Source: an uncultured Methanobrevibacter sp.
Lineage (GTDB): Archaea > Methanobacteriota > Methanobacteria > Methanobacteriales > Methanobacteriaceae
Direction of reading: 5' to 3'
DNA: 64,000 nt
Assembly: GCA_902463315.1 (NCBI GenBank)
Contig: CABQFB010000001.1
Span: 28,130-92,129 of the forward strand
Part shown: in pieces, positions 40,100 through 51,374 of the stretch
Layout: each line of letters starts with the position of its first letter
Position numbering within the stretch: position 1 is the stretch's first letter
Notes under the pieces: model-generated
Told to the model about the DNA's origin: nothing
Databases searched by the model: none
What the model saw: the letters and a program-made list of their open reading frames with translations, nothing else
Program-made: the position numbers and the translations under genes

Positions 40100-41140
40100 A
40101 TGTCAAGACAATTTCATGAAGATTATCTATTTAAATCCATTATTGAGGATAATATCTCTAAAGAAAAGTTATTTAATATAGATATTGATAATGAGTTTCT
40201 CCAGTTTTATAATTATAAGAATGCATTGTTAAATAAATATGAAAATTTTACTTTTGAGGATTTTAAAGGAAGTAAAGTAATTAATAATGATTATGGGGAA
40301 GTTTTACAGATTACTACTGAAGAGCCTATTAATTTTAATTTAAAGGATAATGATTATAGAAATAATCTTAAATCCAATCTTAAGCTAGTGCCGGGAATTG
40401 GTGTTAAAAAGGAGATTAGTCTTAAAAGTAATGGTTATAATTCTTTGGAAGATTTGTCTAATCATGATAGGTATTGTGATAAGGCTTCTGCGGTTCTTGA
40501 CAATATTGACAATTTAACTTCTCCAAACTTAATTGATTTTATTAAAAGTAATAGATATGGCAAGGATTGTAATTTGAATCTTTTAAAGTCTGCTAGTTTA
40601 TTTGATAAGGGTGATTTTAAATTTATGGACATTGAGACTTTAGGTCTTTCTAACGTTCCCATTATATTGATTGGTGTAGCTGAAATAGTAAATAATAAAA
40701 TTAGATCTACACAATATTTAGTTAGGGATGTTGTTGAGGAAGCAGCTGCATTAAATTGTTTTATTTCACATTTAGATGAAGATTCTGCACATGTTACTTT
40801 TAATGGTAAGTTTTTTGATATTCCTTATATTCGAAATCGTTTAAGAAATTTTAGAATATCTGATTTTAAGTTAGATATTCCTCATTTTGATTTATTATAT
40901 TATGCTAGATACTTATGGGGTGACAAGCTTTTAAATTGCCAATTGCAAACAATCGAAAAAGATATTTTTGGTATTGAGAGATGTGGGGATGTTCCAGGTC
41001 AATATATTCCAGGTTATTACGATACATATTTAAAAGAGGGAAATCTTGGACCTTTAATTCCTATTGTAGATCATAACAGGCAGGATATTGTTTCACTAGC
41101 TAGTTTTTTAATGAAAATGTATGGGGAAGTAAATGGGTGA
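40100..41140 (+). CDS. HhH-motif plus DnaQ/RNase H-like 3'-5' exonuclease fold protein (YprB/COG3359-like)
   Basis: LKLVPGIGVKKEISL helix-hairpin-helix, and an Exo I-like FMDIETLGL motif (DxE) with a downstream acidic H..D region. Confidence 0.55.
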   Translation: MSRQFHEDYLFKSIIEDNISKEKLFNIDIDNEFLQFYNYKNALLNKYENFTFEDFKGSKVINNDYGEVLQITTEEPINFNLKDNDYRNNLKSNLKLVPGIGVKKEISLKSNGYNSLEDLSNHDRYCDKASAVLDNIDNLTSPNLIDFIKSNRYGKDCNLNLLKSASLFDKGDFKFMDIETLGLSNVPIILIGVAEIVNNKIRSTQYLVRDVVEEAAALNCFISHLDEDSAHVTFNGKFFDIPYIRNRLRNFRISDFKLDIPHFDLLYYARYLWGDKLLNCQLQTIEKDIFGIERCGDVPGQYIPGYYDTYLKEGNLGPLIPIVDHNRQDIVSLASFLMKMYGEVNG

Positions 41141-42651
41141 GTTCTATGGGCTTTTTTGATAGATTTAAGAAGAAAAAAGATGTTAAGTCAACTAAAAAGG
41201 ATTTGGAAAATATTGACCATGAGGTTAGTCATTACGATTTAACTCTAAAAGAGATAGCTATGGCGGGTAAAGACCGTCATGCTAGAGCTAAAGCTACTAA
41301 TGATATTAAAGATCAATTTGTTTTACTCGATATTGCTAAAACTGTTAAGGATAGGGCAATTCGTCTACTTGCTATTAGTCGAATTGATGATTTTGTTCTT
41401 CTACGTGATGCAGCTGAAAATGCTGAGTTCTATGATGTTAGAAGCTTTGCTTACGAAAGATTAGGGGAAAATAACAAGTCCATTTCTCAAATTGTTATTA
41501 ATCAGAAGAAATCTGATGGGGTTGATGAAATCTTCAATAAGATTCATGACAATGAAACATTAGCTGAAATTGCTATTGAAGCTATTGATAAAAGATATCG
41601 TGGTGCTGCTTTAGATAGAATTGAAGATGATGTTGTTTTAGATGATCTTATTTTAAATGCTAAAGACCATAAAATCCGAGCGTCAGCACTTAAGAAAATA
41701 TCCAAGGTTGATATTGACGTTCTTAAAGAGCTTATGTTTGAGGAAAAAGATGAAGAAGTTAAGAGCATAGCAATTGAAAGAATAGATGATGAGAATGTTC
41801 TTGCAGATATTGTTAAAGATGAACAGAATGCAAAATTAAGAAATAAGATTTTTGAAAAGATTAAAAATAAGAAATTACTTGAAAATATTGCGCTTAAAGC
41901 TTCTAAAGCTGATGTTCGTTTAGATCTAGTTAAAAGACTCCATGATGAAGAACTTCTTGAAAAAATAGCTACTAATGACAAGGATAAAATTGTTCGTGTA
42001 GAAGCTGTTAAGAAGATTTCTAGTCAAAAGATTCTTGCTTGCGTTGCTAAAAACGATCCTGACCGTTTTGTTCGTCAAAATGCAGTTAATTTTATCAATA
42101 ATAAATCTATTCTTTTTGATATTATTTTACATGACGATGATTCTTTTGTAAGAAGAAACGCTCTTTCAAATTCTAATCTTGATAATGAAGAGCTATTTGC
42201 TGAAATATCAATCAGAAGTAAAGATCCATCAATTGCTGAAGAGGCTTTAAAACACGTGAAATCTGAAAGTCTTTTTATTGACATATTAAGTAATGCATCA
42301 ATAAAAGATATTAGAAAAGAAGCTCTTAATCATGTTAACGATATAGGTATTTTAATCAATGTTATTCGCCATCCTGATGATTTAGATTTCTCACTTAAAG
42401 CATTAAATAAGATTGATGATGAAGAGATATTATATAAAATTTATAAGTTGAATATTGCTGAAGATATTTCAGTAAGAGCTATTTCTAAAATTAAGAATCA
42501 GAAAATTCTTATTGAAATAGCTGAAAATGATAAATCATGGAGAGTGCGTGAAGCAGCTACTAAAAAAATATCAAATAAAAAAGTCCTAAAAGAAATAGCC
42601 AGCAATGATGAAGTTGAATACGTGAGAAATGTAGCTAAAAATAGATTATAA
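41137..42651 (+). CDS. HEAT-repeat protein (PBS-lyase-type repeats, ~15 units)
   Basis: Recurrent ~31-aa units of the form D..VR..A...I.D...L..IA.ND.D..VR. The GTG start overlaps the upstream stop (GTGA). Confidence 0.6.
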   Translation: MSSMGFFDRFKKKKDVKSTKKDLENIDHEVSHYDLTLKEIAMAGKDRHARAKATNDIKDQFVLLDIAKTVKDRAIRLLAISRIDDFVLLRDAAENAEFYDVRSFAYERLGENNKSISQIVINQKKSDGVDEIFNKIHDNETLAEIAIEAIDKRYRGAALDRIEDDVVLDDLILNAKDHKIRASALKKISKVDIDVLKELMFEEKDEEVKSIAIERIDDENVLADIVKDEQNAKLRNKIFEKIKNKKLLENIALKASKADVRLDLVKRLHDEELLEKIATNDKDKIVRVEAVKKISSQKILACVAKNDPDRFVRQNAVNFINNKSILFDIILHDDDSFVRRNALSNSNLDNEELFAEISIRSKDPSIAEEALKHVKSESLFIDILSNASIKDIRKEALNHVNDIGILINVIRHPDDLDFSLKALNKIDDEEILYKIYKLNIAEDISVRAISKIKNQKILIEIAENDKSWRVREAATKKISNKKVLKEIASNDEVEYVRNVAKNRL

Positions 42652-42810
42652 AATCTCTTAGTTAAAATTTTATCCATAGATGTTAATTTATCTTTAATTT
42701 AAATATTTGACTTTCATTAAAGAAGATAAGATTAAAATAAGTTTGAAATTAAAACCCCATAAATTTATTGGGTTTGTACATTAATAGTCATAAAAAGAAA
42801 AAAGGGAATT

Positions 42811-43578
42811 TTAGAAGAAAAATTCTGGTTCTTTTCTTTTTGAGAATTTTTCTGCAAATGCAGTAGCTACTTGATCAAAGTCTTCATTAACAAAGGATCT
42901 AGCATCTTCTGGACAGATATAAATACATGCAGAACATCCATCACATTTATCAACATCAGTTACAACAGGGTCATCTTCTGGTATAGCATCATTTGGGCAT
43001 GCGCTGACACAGTCATAACAGAATGTACAAAGGGTTTCATCACAACCAGCTTTATAAGGAACAATCTTATATTCCTTATATGGTTTATTACCAGGAACAG
43101 GTATATCTCCTTTAAAGTCAATTCTTTCACTACATTTATCTGCAAATTCCTTGATTTTTTCTAAATCTTTTTCGTCAGGTCTACCTTTTGCAACATTTGT
43201 AAATATTGAGTGTTGACTTACAAATATTGCAGCACCAATAACATTGAATCCGTTTTCTTTAAGTATGTCTGTTAGTTCAAGTAGTGCATCACCTACGTCA
43301 GCATTTCCTATGTTTACAAATGCAATGGCGGGAGTACCATCAGAATGGAATTTTTCTAATTTTTCTCTAGCTACTTTAGGGATTCTTCCGGCAAATACTG
43401 GCATACCAACTACAGCAAGCTCATCGCTACCGAATTCTCTTGGAATTCTGTCTTTTTCATAGTTTAGTAAATCATATATTTCATAAGTTCCCTCAAAATT
43501 TTTTGCTATTTTGTTTGTTATTTCTTTTGTGGTATTAGATGGACTAAAATACACTTCTGAGATTTTTTCGAATAACAT
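42811..43578 (-). CDS. Flavodoxin-like domain fused to a 2x[4Fe-4S] ferredoxin
   Basis: N-terminal flavodoxin-like fold, and a C-terminus with CTFCYDCVSACP and CDGCSACIYICP. Confidence 0.7.
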   Translation of the reverse strand: MLFEKISEVYFSPSNTTKEITNKIAKNFEGTYEIYDLLNYEKDRIPREFGSDELAVVGMPVFAGRIPKVAREKLEKFHSDGTPAIAFVNIGNADVGDALLELTDILKENGFNVIGAAIFVSQHSIFTNVAKGRPDEKDLEKIKEFADKCSERIDFKGDIPVPGNKPYKEYKIVPYKAGCDETLCTFCYDCVSACPNDAIPEDDPVVTDVDKCDGCSACIYICPEDARSFVNEDFDQVATAFAEKFSKRKEPEFFF

Positions 43579-43684
43579 ATATAATACACCATTTAATAAA
43601 TTTATTTAATAATATTTAAGTGTTTTGATTAAAAAGACCAGTTATTAGATAATTATTTCTAATTTAACTTAAAAATTATTAGCT

Positions 43685-44512
43685 ATGAAAGTATTTGTTC
43701 TAGTTGAAAATAATGCAAATGATATATTTAAAGGAGAACATGGTTTAAGCTTTTTTATTGAATATAACGGAAAAACTTACATAATTGACAGCGGAAAAAC
43801 TGGAATCTTTTTAGAAAATGCCCTTAAATTAGGTGTTGATTTATCCAATGTGGATGCTGCTTTTTTATCTCATGGCCATTATGATCATTCAGATGGTTTT
43901 GAAGAGCTATTTAAAATAAATAAGGATATTAATGTTTATCTTCAGGAAAATTCCGAAGGAAAAGAATATTATTCTTCAAAAAAGTATATCGGTATTTCTA
44001 AAAGCCTTTTAAGAGATTATTGTAATAGATTTATTTATGTTGATGGGTTTAAAGAAGTTGATTCTGGTGTTTATATCTGTCCACATACGACTGATGGTTT
44101 AAGTAAAAGAGGAGACCATGCTCAACTTTATTTCCTTTGCAATGGTGAAAAAGTTCCAGATGACTTTTCTCATGAACAGACAATAGTCTTTGAGGAGGGC
44201 AACAATTTGTTTTTATTCAATAGCTGTTCACATGGTGGTGTTGAAAATATTATAAATGAAATTAAAGAGATGTTTCCAGGAAAGGAGATTAAAGCATTTT
44301 TTGGAGGATTTCATTTAATGGGGAATGAGGGTGTTAATAGTTGCGGATTTTCACATTTGGAAGTTGAAAAATTAGGCAATTTTCTTTTAAAAAATACTGA
44401 TGCAAACTTTTATACAGGGCATTGCACAGGTAAAATTGCAGGGAAATGGTTAAAAAATATTTTAAAAGAAAGATTTGTTGAACTGCATTCTGGAATGGTT
44501 ATTGATTTATAG
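43685..44512 (+). CDS. Metallo-beta-lactamase fold hydrolase
   Basis: SHGHYDHSDG (the HxHxDH motif). Confidence 0.7.
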   Translation: MKVFVLVENNANDIFKGEHGLSFFIEYNGKTYIIDSGKTGIFLENALKLGVDLSNVDAAFLSHGHYDHSDGFEELFKINKDINVYLQENSEGKEYYSSKKYIGISKSLLRDYCNRFIYVDGFKEVDSGVYICPHTTDGLSKRGDHAQLYFLCNGEKVPDDFSHEQTIVFEEGNNLFLFNSCSHGGVENIINEIKEMFPGKEIKAFFGGFHLMGNEGVNSCGFSHLEVEKLGNFLLKNTDANFYTGHCTGKIAGKWLKNILKERFVELHSGMVIDL

Positions 44513-44731
44513 ATAAGATATATCTTTTTAGATAAACAATTTTATAATTAAAACGGCAATAGGTTGCCAACTTATTATTCTATTTTTAAAATTTTTGCAT
44601 AATATTTAATAAAATAGCTATTTTTCTATTATTTTTTAAACATTTAAAGAGTTTTGTTTAATAATTTAACATCATGTTTAGAAAACTTTAAATTAAATGG
44701 AAACTAAAAATACTTATAATAAGGTGAAAAT

Positions 44732-45820
44732 ATGAGTAGTAATAAAATAGCATTAGTCGGTACGCCTTGCCAGATATTAGCTGCAACCAAAATAAACAAA
44801 TATGAAGATTATACTGGTGGATCTGACATTGATTTTAAATTAGGATTATTCTGTATGGAAAATTTCTCATACTCTTATCTTGAAAAATTCTTAGAAGAAA
44901 AGGGAATTAAGCTATTTGAGGTTAAGGAATTTAGAATAGATAAGGGATACTTTATAGCTTACTTAATGGATGGTTCTACTTTTAAAATTCCAATAGCTGA
45001 AACAGAACTATTCACACGTAAAAACTGTCATATCTGCACTGATTTCACATCAGATGCGTCAGATGTTTCAGTAGGTTCAGTGGGAACACCTGAAGACCAT
45101 TCTACAGTTATTGTTAGAACACCAAAAGGGAAGCAGATTGTAGATGAAGCAATTAAAAATGGCTACATTAAAGCAGAGAAACTCGATGAGAAAGGAGAAA
45201 AAATTCTTAGAAATGTAGCAAATAAGAAAATAGCTAACAACACACAGACCATTAAAAAAAGAGAGGCAGTTGCAAGACCTGTTCTCTCAAAAAGACACAT
45301 GACTGATGAAGAAGTTAAACAAGAAGCACTTATTTGTCAATTTAAAAATCTTGAAAGTGATGTTATTAGTGTAGGGGCATGTGTACTTTGTGGTGCATGT
45401 GAATATGTCTGTCCAATTGAAGGAATTCAGATAAACCACAGAAAACCAGTTTTAACTAAAGAATGTGAAGAAGGCTGCCATGCATGTTACTTTGCATGTC
45501 CAAGAACATTTGTAAGTGAAGAGATATTTGACAAGGATATAGATAAAAAACCACTTGGAGATTATATTGAATTATTATCTGTTAAAGCGGAGTCAATTAT
45601 AGGTCAAGATGGTGGTGTAGTATCAGCTATTTTGATATATTTACTTGAACATGGTATTGTTGATGAAGTGTCAATTGTACGTGAAGACCAGGACGCTCCA
45701 TGGAGACCACAATCATTTTTAACATCAAGAGTACAGGATGTAGTATCAGCAGCTGGAACTAAATATAGTACAGTTCCCATAGGATTCAAATCATTATCAG
45801 ATAAAAATCATGCCAATTAA
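44732..45820 (+). CDS. Coenzyme F420 hydrogenase/dehydrogenase beta-subunit (FrhB/FdhB/FpoF) family protein with permuted domain order
   Basis: FrhB C-domain motifs come first (VGTPCQ, FCMENFSY, SDVSVGSVGTPEDHSTVIVRT). Two CxxCxxCxxxCP ferredoxin motifs follow. The FrhB N-domain motifs come last (GQDGGVVSAIL...AAGTKYS). Confidence 0.65.
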   Translation: MSSNKIALVGTPCQILAATKINKYEDYTGGSDIDFKLGLFCMENFSYSYLEKFLEEKGIKLFEVKEFRIDKGYFIAYLMDGSTFKIPIAETELFTRKNCHICTDFTSDASDVSVGSVGTPEDHSTVIVRTPKGKQIVDEAIKNGYIKAEKLDEKGEKILRNVANKKIANNTQTIKKREAVARPVLSKRHMTDEEVKQEALICQFKNLESDVISVGACVLCGACEYVCPIEGIQINHRKPVLTKECEEGCHACYFACPRTFVSEEIFDKDIDKKPLGDYIELLSVKAESIIGQDGGVVSAILIYLLEHGIVDEVSIVREDQDAPWRPQSFLTSRVQDVVSAAGTKYSTVPIGFKSLSDKNHAN

Positions 45821-46307
45821 GATAAAACAAGTGGAAAAGACTGAGGACTTAGAAGAAGTAGCTAATTTGGCTTATGAAATCTGGAACGAATCTTTTAAAG
45901 AGATAATATCCAAGAACCAAATTGACTATATGGTTGATAATTTTCAATCCTTAAAAGCTATGACAGAACAAGTAGAAAATGAAAACTACACTTACTTCAA
46001 GGTTTACTTCAAGAACAATTTATGCGGTTATATTGGTGTTAAAGATGAAAAAACCAAGTTATTTTTAAGTAAACTATATCTTAAAAAAGAATATAGGGGA
46101 AAAGGAATAGCTTCTGTAATGCTTGAAAAAGTATTTGAAGTGGCAAAAAAATTATCTAAAAAATCAGTATATTTAACTGTTAATAAGCATAATACTAATG
46201 CTATTAATGTTTACAAGGCCAAAGGTTTTGAAAAAATAGACAGTGTAGTTACGGATATTGGGGAAGGTTATGTTATGGATGATTACATTTTCCAATATTG
46301 TTTATAA
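45810..46307 (+). CDS. GNAT-family N-acetyltransferase
   Basis: Acetyl-CoA binding motif [11 protein letters not shown] and ...[11 protein letters not shown]. Confidence 0.75.
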   Translation: MPIKIKQVEKTEDLEEVANLAYEIWNESFKEIISKNQIDYMVDNFQSLKAMTEQVENENYTYFKVYFKNNLCGYIGVKDEKTKLFLSKLYLKKEYRGKGIASVMLEKVFEVAKKLSKKSVYLTVNKHNTNAINVYKAKGFEKIDSVVTDIGEGYVMDDYIFQYCL

Positions 46308-46341
46308 AAGTTTAAACAAAAATTATATGAAGGTGATAAGT

Positions 46342-47370
46342 ATGGATTTAATGAAAGAACTTTCTCTAACACCAGGAATATCTGGTTTTGAGGAAAAAAT
46401 TGCAGATATTATTGAAAGAGAACTAAAAGACTCTGTTGACTCAATTGAAAAAGACAATATGGGAAATATAATAGCAACCAAAAAAGGTGAAAACAAAAAA
46501 GCACCTACAATAATGCTTGCTTCACACATGGACGAAATAGGTTTGATGGTAAGATACATTGATGATAAAGGATATATTAAATTTTCAAAAATTGGCGGTA
46601 TAAATGACCAAATGCTAATGAACCAAACTGTAGTAATCCATGCTGAAAATGGGGATCATGTTGGAGTAATAGGCTCAAAACCACCACATGTAACTAAACC
46701 AGCAGAGAGAAATAAGGTTGTACCATCTGAAGAAATGTTTATCGATATCGGTGCAAAAGATAAGGAAGATGCAGAATCAATGGTTCGTGTAGGAGATCCA
46801 ATAACCTTTAAATCATGGTATGAAGAGTTTCCTAATGACCTTATTATGGGAAAAGCATTAGATAACCGTGTAGGATGTTATGTAATGATGGAAGTTTTAA
46901 AAAGAGTAAATACAAGAGCTACTGTATACGGTGTAGGTACTGTTCAAGAAGAAGTAGGTCTTAAAGGAGCTAAAACATCATCTTACAGGTTAAACCCGGA
47001 TATGGCTATTGCATTAGATGTCACTTTATCAGGAGATCATCCTGGAATCAAACCAGATGAAGCACCTGCAGTAATTGGTGAAGGACCAGCTATTATCTTA
47101 ATTGATGCAAGCGGACGTGGAATAATCACTCAAAAATCAATTAAAGATATGTTAATTAAAGCGGGAGATGAAAAAGAAATCAAATACCAATTAGAGGTTA
47201 GTGATGGCGGAACAACTGACGGAACAGCTATTCACTTAACTCGTGAAGGAATTCCAACAGGTGTTCTTTCAGTTCCAACAAGATATATCCACACTACAGT
47301 AAGTGTCTGCAGTAAAAAAGATATTGAATCAACAATTGATTTAATTGTAGAGGCGATTAATAATTTATAA
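46342..47370 (+). CDS. M42-family aminopeptidase (TET/FrvX-like)
   Basis: HMDEIG..., GKALDNRVG and the overall length. The ATG at 46342 lies 5 nt after GGTGA. Confidence 0.75.
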   Translation: MDLMKELSLTPGISGFEEKIADIIERELKDSVDSIEKDNMGNIIATKKGENKKAPTIMLASHMDEIGLMVRYIDDKGYIKFSKIGGINDQMLMNQTVVIHAENGDHVGVIGSKPPHVTKPAERNKVVPSEEMFIDIGAKDKEDAESMVRVGDPITFKSWYEEFPNDLIMGKALDNRVGCYVMMEVLKRVNTRATVYGVGTVQEEVGLKGAKTSSYRLNPDMAIALDVTLSGDHPGIKPDEAPAVIGEGPAIILIDASGRGIITQKSIKDMLIKAGDEKEIKYQLEVSDGGTTDGTAIHLTREGIPTGVLSVPTRYIHTTVSVCSKKDIESTIDLIVEAINNL

Positions 47371-47407
47371 TGTGTAAATCCTACACATTATTTTTTAAGA
47401 GGGTATT

Positions 47408-47803
47408 ATGTTTAAAATTAATGTTACACCTAGATTTGGGGATATTGATGGTTTAAGACATGTAAACAACAATGTACTTGGTGTTTGGTTCGAAACTGGA
47501 AGAAATGACATATTCCGATTCTTTACACCAGACTTATGTTTAAACTATGAAAAATGGAAATTGATTCTTGTTCGTACGGAATATGACTATTTAGGTCAAA
47601 TTTACTATGATGGTGAAGTAGAAATAAGAACTTTCATTACAAAAATAGGGAACAGTTCATTTACCATAGGTCATGAGGCCTGGCAAAACGATGAACTTAA
47701 AGCAAAGGGCAAAGCGGTCCTTGTAAACTTTAATTTCATAGAACAAGAATCAGTACCAATCCCAGAGGATATTCGTAAAAAACTAGAAGAACATTTAGTT
47801 TAA
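47408..47803 (+). CDS. Hotdog-fold acyl-CoA thioesterase (4HBT/YbgC-like)
   Basis: PRFGDIDGLRHVNNNV near the N-terminus, 131 aa. Confidence 0.65.
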   Translation: MFKINVTPRFGDIDGLRHVNNNVLGVWFETGRNDIFRFFTPDLCLNYEKWKLILVRTEYDYLGQIYYDGEVEIRTFITKIGNSSFTIGHEAWQNDELKAKGKAVLVNFNFIEQESVPIPEDIRKKLEEHLV

Positions 47804-47823
47804 AACATTTAACTAGATGATAG

Positions 47824-48312
47824 CTATTTAAATCTATCATCTGATTTTGTGGTTTTAGCATTTTGATGCTTTTTCTCAAACCACCCTATTTTTAAATCTT
47901 TAACTGTATCTTCATATAGATGAGGAACATGGGGCTTAATATCAAGTAAAGGAGTACCATTTAAAACATCAACATTACTGATATGAATAACATTTCCATC
48001 AACTTTGTCTAATTCTACAATGGAAGATCCGATACGGTTAGGTCTTTTAGGTGATCTTGTTGCAAAAACACCATGAGTGTCATTGTCAAGAAATGGCTTA
48101 ACTTCCAGATTATATCCATCAACCTCATGTAATAAATAGATTATATTCAGATGGGAGAACCCATCGAGGTCTTTAAGACCTTTAACAAATTTTTCATTAA
48201 GTATAATTTCACCTTTAACACCTACTGCTCCTGTTGGTTGAATAGGCATGCCTTCAATTTCATTAAAAGGAGTTTTAATAATTCCAAGCTGTTCCATTTC
48301 GATTTTAGTCAT
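47824..48312 (-). CDS. TsaA/TrmO-like tRNA methyltransferase (YaeB/VirR family)
   Basis: RPNRIG motif and ...LLDIKP... near the C-terminus. Confidence 0.7.
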   Translation of the reverse strand: MTKIEMEQLGIIKTPFNEIEGMPIQPTGAVGVKGEIILNEKFVKGLKDLDGFSHLNIIYLLHEVDGYNLEVKPFLDNDTHGVFATRSPKRPNRIGSSIVELDKVDGNVIHISNVDVLNGTPLLDIKPHVPHLYEDTVKDLKIGWFEKKHQNAKTTKSDDRFK

Positions 48313-48464
48313 AATTGAATATTTTATTTTTACAATTAATAATAATTCCGATATGAAATTGATTTATTTTTATCTTGTATAATATTATTATCGTATAAAT
48401 TCAATAAATATTTATATAACTATATTCATATCGATTAATTACAAAATTATAGGAGATATAAATT

Positions 48465-48671
48465 ATGGAATTAAGTGCAAGAAACCAATTAAAAGGTACA
48501 GTAAAAGAAGTAAATCTTGGAATGATAACAGCAAGTATTAAAATTGAAGTTGATGATCCAAATACCATAACTGCTGTAATTACAAAAGAATCAGCTGAAA
48601 AATTAGGTCTCAAAGAAGGAGACGATGTGCAAGCTATTATTAAATCAACTGAAATTATAGTAGGAAAATAG
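48465..48671 (+). CDS. Molybdopterin-binding (Mop/TOBE) single-domain protein
   Basis: SARNQLKGTV...V.L.....I.A.IT.ES...L.L..G..V.A.IK, the TOBE fold signature. Confidence 0.75.
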   Translation: MELSARNQLKGTVKEVNLGMITASIKIEVDDPNTITAVITKESAEKLGLKEGDDVQAIIKSTEIIVGK

Positions 48672-48694
48672 GATGAATTTCATCCTATTTTTTA
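48671..48694 (+). terminator. Hairpin GGATGAA-T-TTCATCC followed by a T-tract
   Basis: Perfect 7-bp stem immediately after the Mop stop codon, then TATTTTTT. Confidence 0.5.
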
Positions 48695-48883
48695 AATTTT
48701 ATTGAGATAGATAATTTCTAGCTATTTCAACGAAACTTATATCAAAATAACTTTGTATCATTAAAAACAGAAAGATTAGGACTAGTATAATTAAGATTAT
48801 TTTCAAATGTTTTATTATGGAGTAAACAATTCCAAATAATATTATTATTTTTAAAAAAAATAAGGGAGTTGAAGGATCCATTA

Positions 48884-49859
<976 letters not shown>

Positions 49860-50552
49860 CTAAACCCTCTCTAGATTGTCAATTGCATAGATTAGTTTTC
49901 TTGCCTGTTCCTTTTTCTGTTCCATTTTGTAGGTAATGGAAACTTCAAATAGTATGGTGTTAAGACCTTGATTTGCAATAGGTTTTGTAACAAGTTCTGG
50001 ACTTGTCCCTTCCTTAAAGTCAAAGTTTCTAATTCCGATGTCCTTTGATATGTTCTTTATGTAATTTTGTGTCACTGTGTTGTTTGATATCGCTTCTATG
50101 AAGTTCGGATATTCATAATATCTGTCTATTTCATGAACATCAGTTACCAAAAATGGTGTTTCATTTTTAATGTCAGGGACGATGAACTGATTGGCTAACT
50201 GTTCGCCTGCAGCTCTTGTTTCATTTCTTGAGGTGATGTTATCGTTTACCACAATGTAATATATTATAAATCTTTTAGTTAAATTGTTGTCAGTACTTGT
50301 TATGTTTTTCATTGTTGCGTTTAATGCCTCATGGACTTCATGTTCCCTTGGATGAACGCCGAGAATTATAACTGCAGTATCTTCTGATCCAAGGTTTCCT
50401 GTAGTTATTTTCTGAACACTGCCGTTGACGTTTTCTCCGATAGTGGTCACTTCACTTTTTTGGTTATCGTTTGAAAATATAAATACAGACGTCACTATTA
50501 AAATCAGTATCAATGCTAAAAGTAATATTTTGTATATAGGTCGTTTTTTCAT
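49860..50552 (-). CDS. Membrane-anchored extracellular protein with an M14-like HxxE motif, hypothetical
   Basis: N-terminal TM anchor and many N-x-S/T sequons. GVHPREHEV resembles the M14 zinc-binding motif GxHAREW. Confidence 0.35.
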   Translation of the reverse strand: MKKRPIYKILLLALILILIVTSVFIFSNDNQKSEVTTIGENVNGSVQKITTGNLGSEDTAVIILGVHPREHEVHEALNATMKNITSTDNNLTKRFIIYYIVVNDNITSRNETRAAGEQLANQFIVPDIKNETPFLVTDVHEIDRYYEYPNFIEAISNNTVTQNYIKNISKDIGIRNFDFKEGTSPELVTKPIANQGLNTILFEVSITYKMEQKKEQARKLIYAIDNLERV

Positions 50553-50708
50553 AAATATAACCTTTTACTTTGTCATTAACTCTCTTTTTTGTAGTTATTT
50601 ATTAAAATAATTTACTTATTAAAAATGGTTTTTATAACAATTTATTTAATATAGTTTCAATAAATAGTTAGTAATAATCAATAATTAATGAAATAGGAGA
50701 ATTAATCA

Positions 50709-51362
50709 ATGAATAAAAATATTATAATTGTTTTAGTTGTTGCAGTTGTTGCGATAGCTATTGTTTGTGGTGTTTATGTTTCTGGTTTTATTACTTCTGA
50801 AGAGACAGGAACTCCTTTTAATAATAATATAATGTCCGGTAAGTTTGTTGGCAACGTTTCCAACGTGAAAAATCCAGATAATTGGAGTGCATCTTATTTT
50901 GACAAAGTAAATAATATTGAATATAACATGTCTAGTGTTAAAAATGCTTCATTTTTAGTTGAGTTTTATTCTCTTCAAGGTTGGGTAGGTCCAGAACATA
51001 GAACATATAACGATCAGGACTGGGATATCTATTCAACTACTGGTAAGGAGACCAACAATACTAATGCTTCAATACAGCTTTACATGTGTGTAGCTAATAA
51101 GGAAAATCAGAGTTATATCATTTATGTGATTTTCCACAATCCGACTGAGGTAAGCGCTACCAATGATGTATTCTGTGATGCTTTTGAAGGATATGTAGCA
51201 CCGTTACTCTCTTCACTTACTTTAAAACATAACAGCACAGTACCTGCTTTAAATGAAATCTTTGGTGTTGACCAGGCGGTTTTAGATAACAGTGCTAATC
51301 TAGTTAAGGAAGCTAAGAAAGGAAATTATACTGCATATCAGCAATTAGTTGGAACAGCTTAA
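50709..51362 (+). CDS. Secreted or membrane-anchored hypothetical protein
   Basis: N-terminal TM/signal anchor, rich in N-x-S/T sequons. Confidence 0.4.
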   Translation: MNKNIIIVLVVAVVAIAIVCGVYVSGFITSEETGTPFNNNIMSGKFVGNVSNVKNPDNWSASYFDKVNNIEYNMSSVKNASFLVEFYSLQGWVGPEHRTYNDQDWDIYSTTGKETNNTNASIQLYMCVANKENQSYIIYVIFHNPTEVSATNDVFCDAFEGYVAPLLSSLTLKHNSTVPALNEIFGVDQAVLDNSANLVKEAKKGNYTAYQQLVGTA

Positions 51363-51374
51363 TTGGATGATTAG

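Noticed and set aside
42652-42810. Possible structured RNA between the HEAT-repeat gene and the flavodoxin-ferredoxin gene
   Set aside because: Only a weak 5-bp hairpin (AACCC...GGGTT) with a long loop. It is consistent with a simple convergent terminator region and nothing more.
48699-48881. 60-aa hydrophobic ORF between mop and moaE
   Set aside because: Could be a tiny membrane peptide, but the sequence is AT-rich and low-complexity (IILFGIVYSIIKHLKIILIILVLIFLFL) with no Shine-Dalgarno. Left unannotated.
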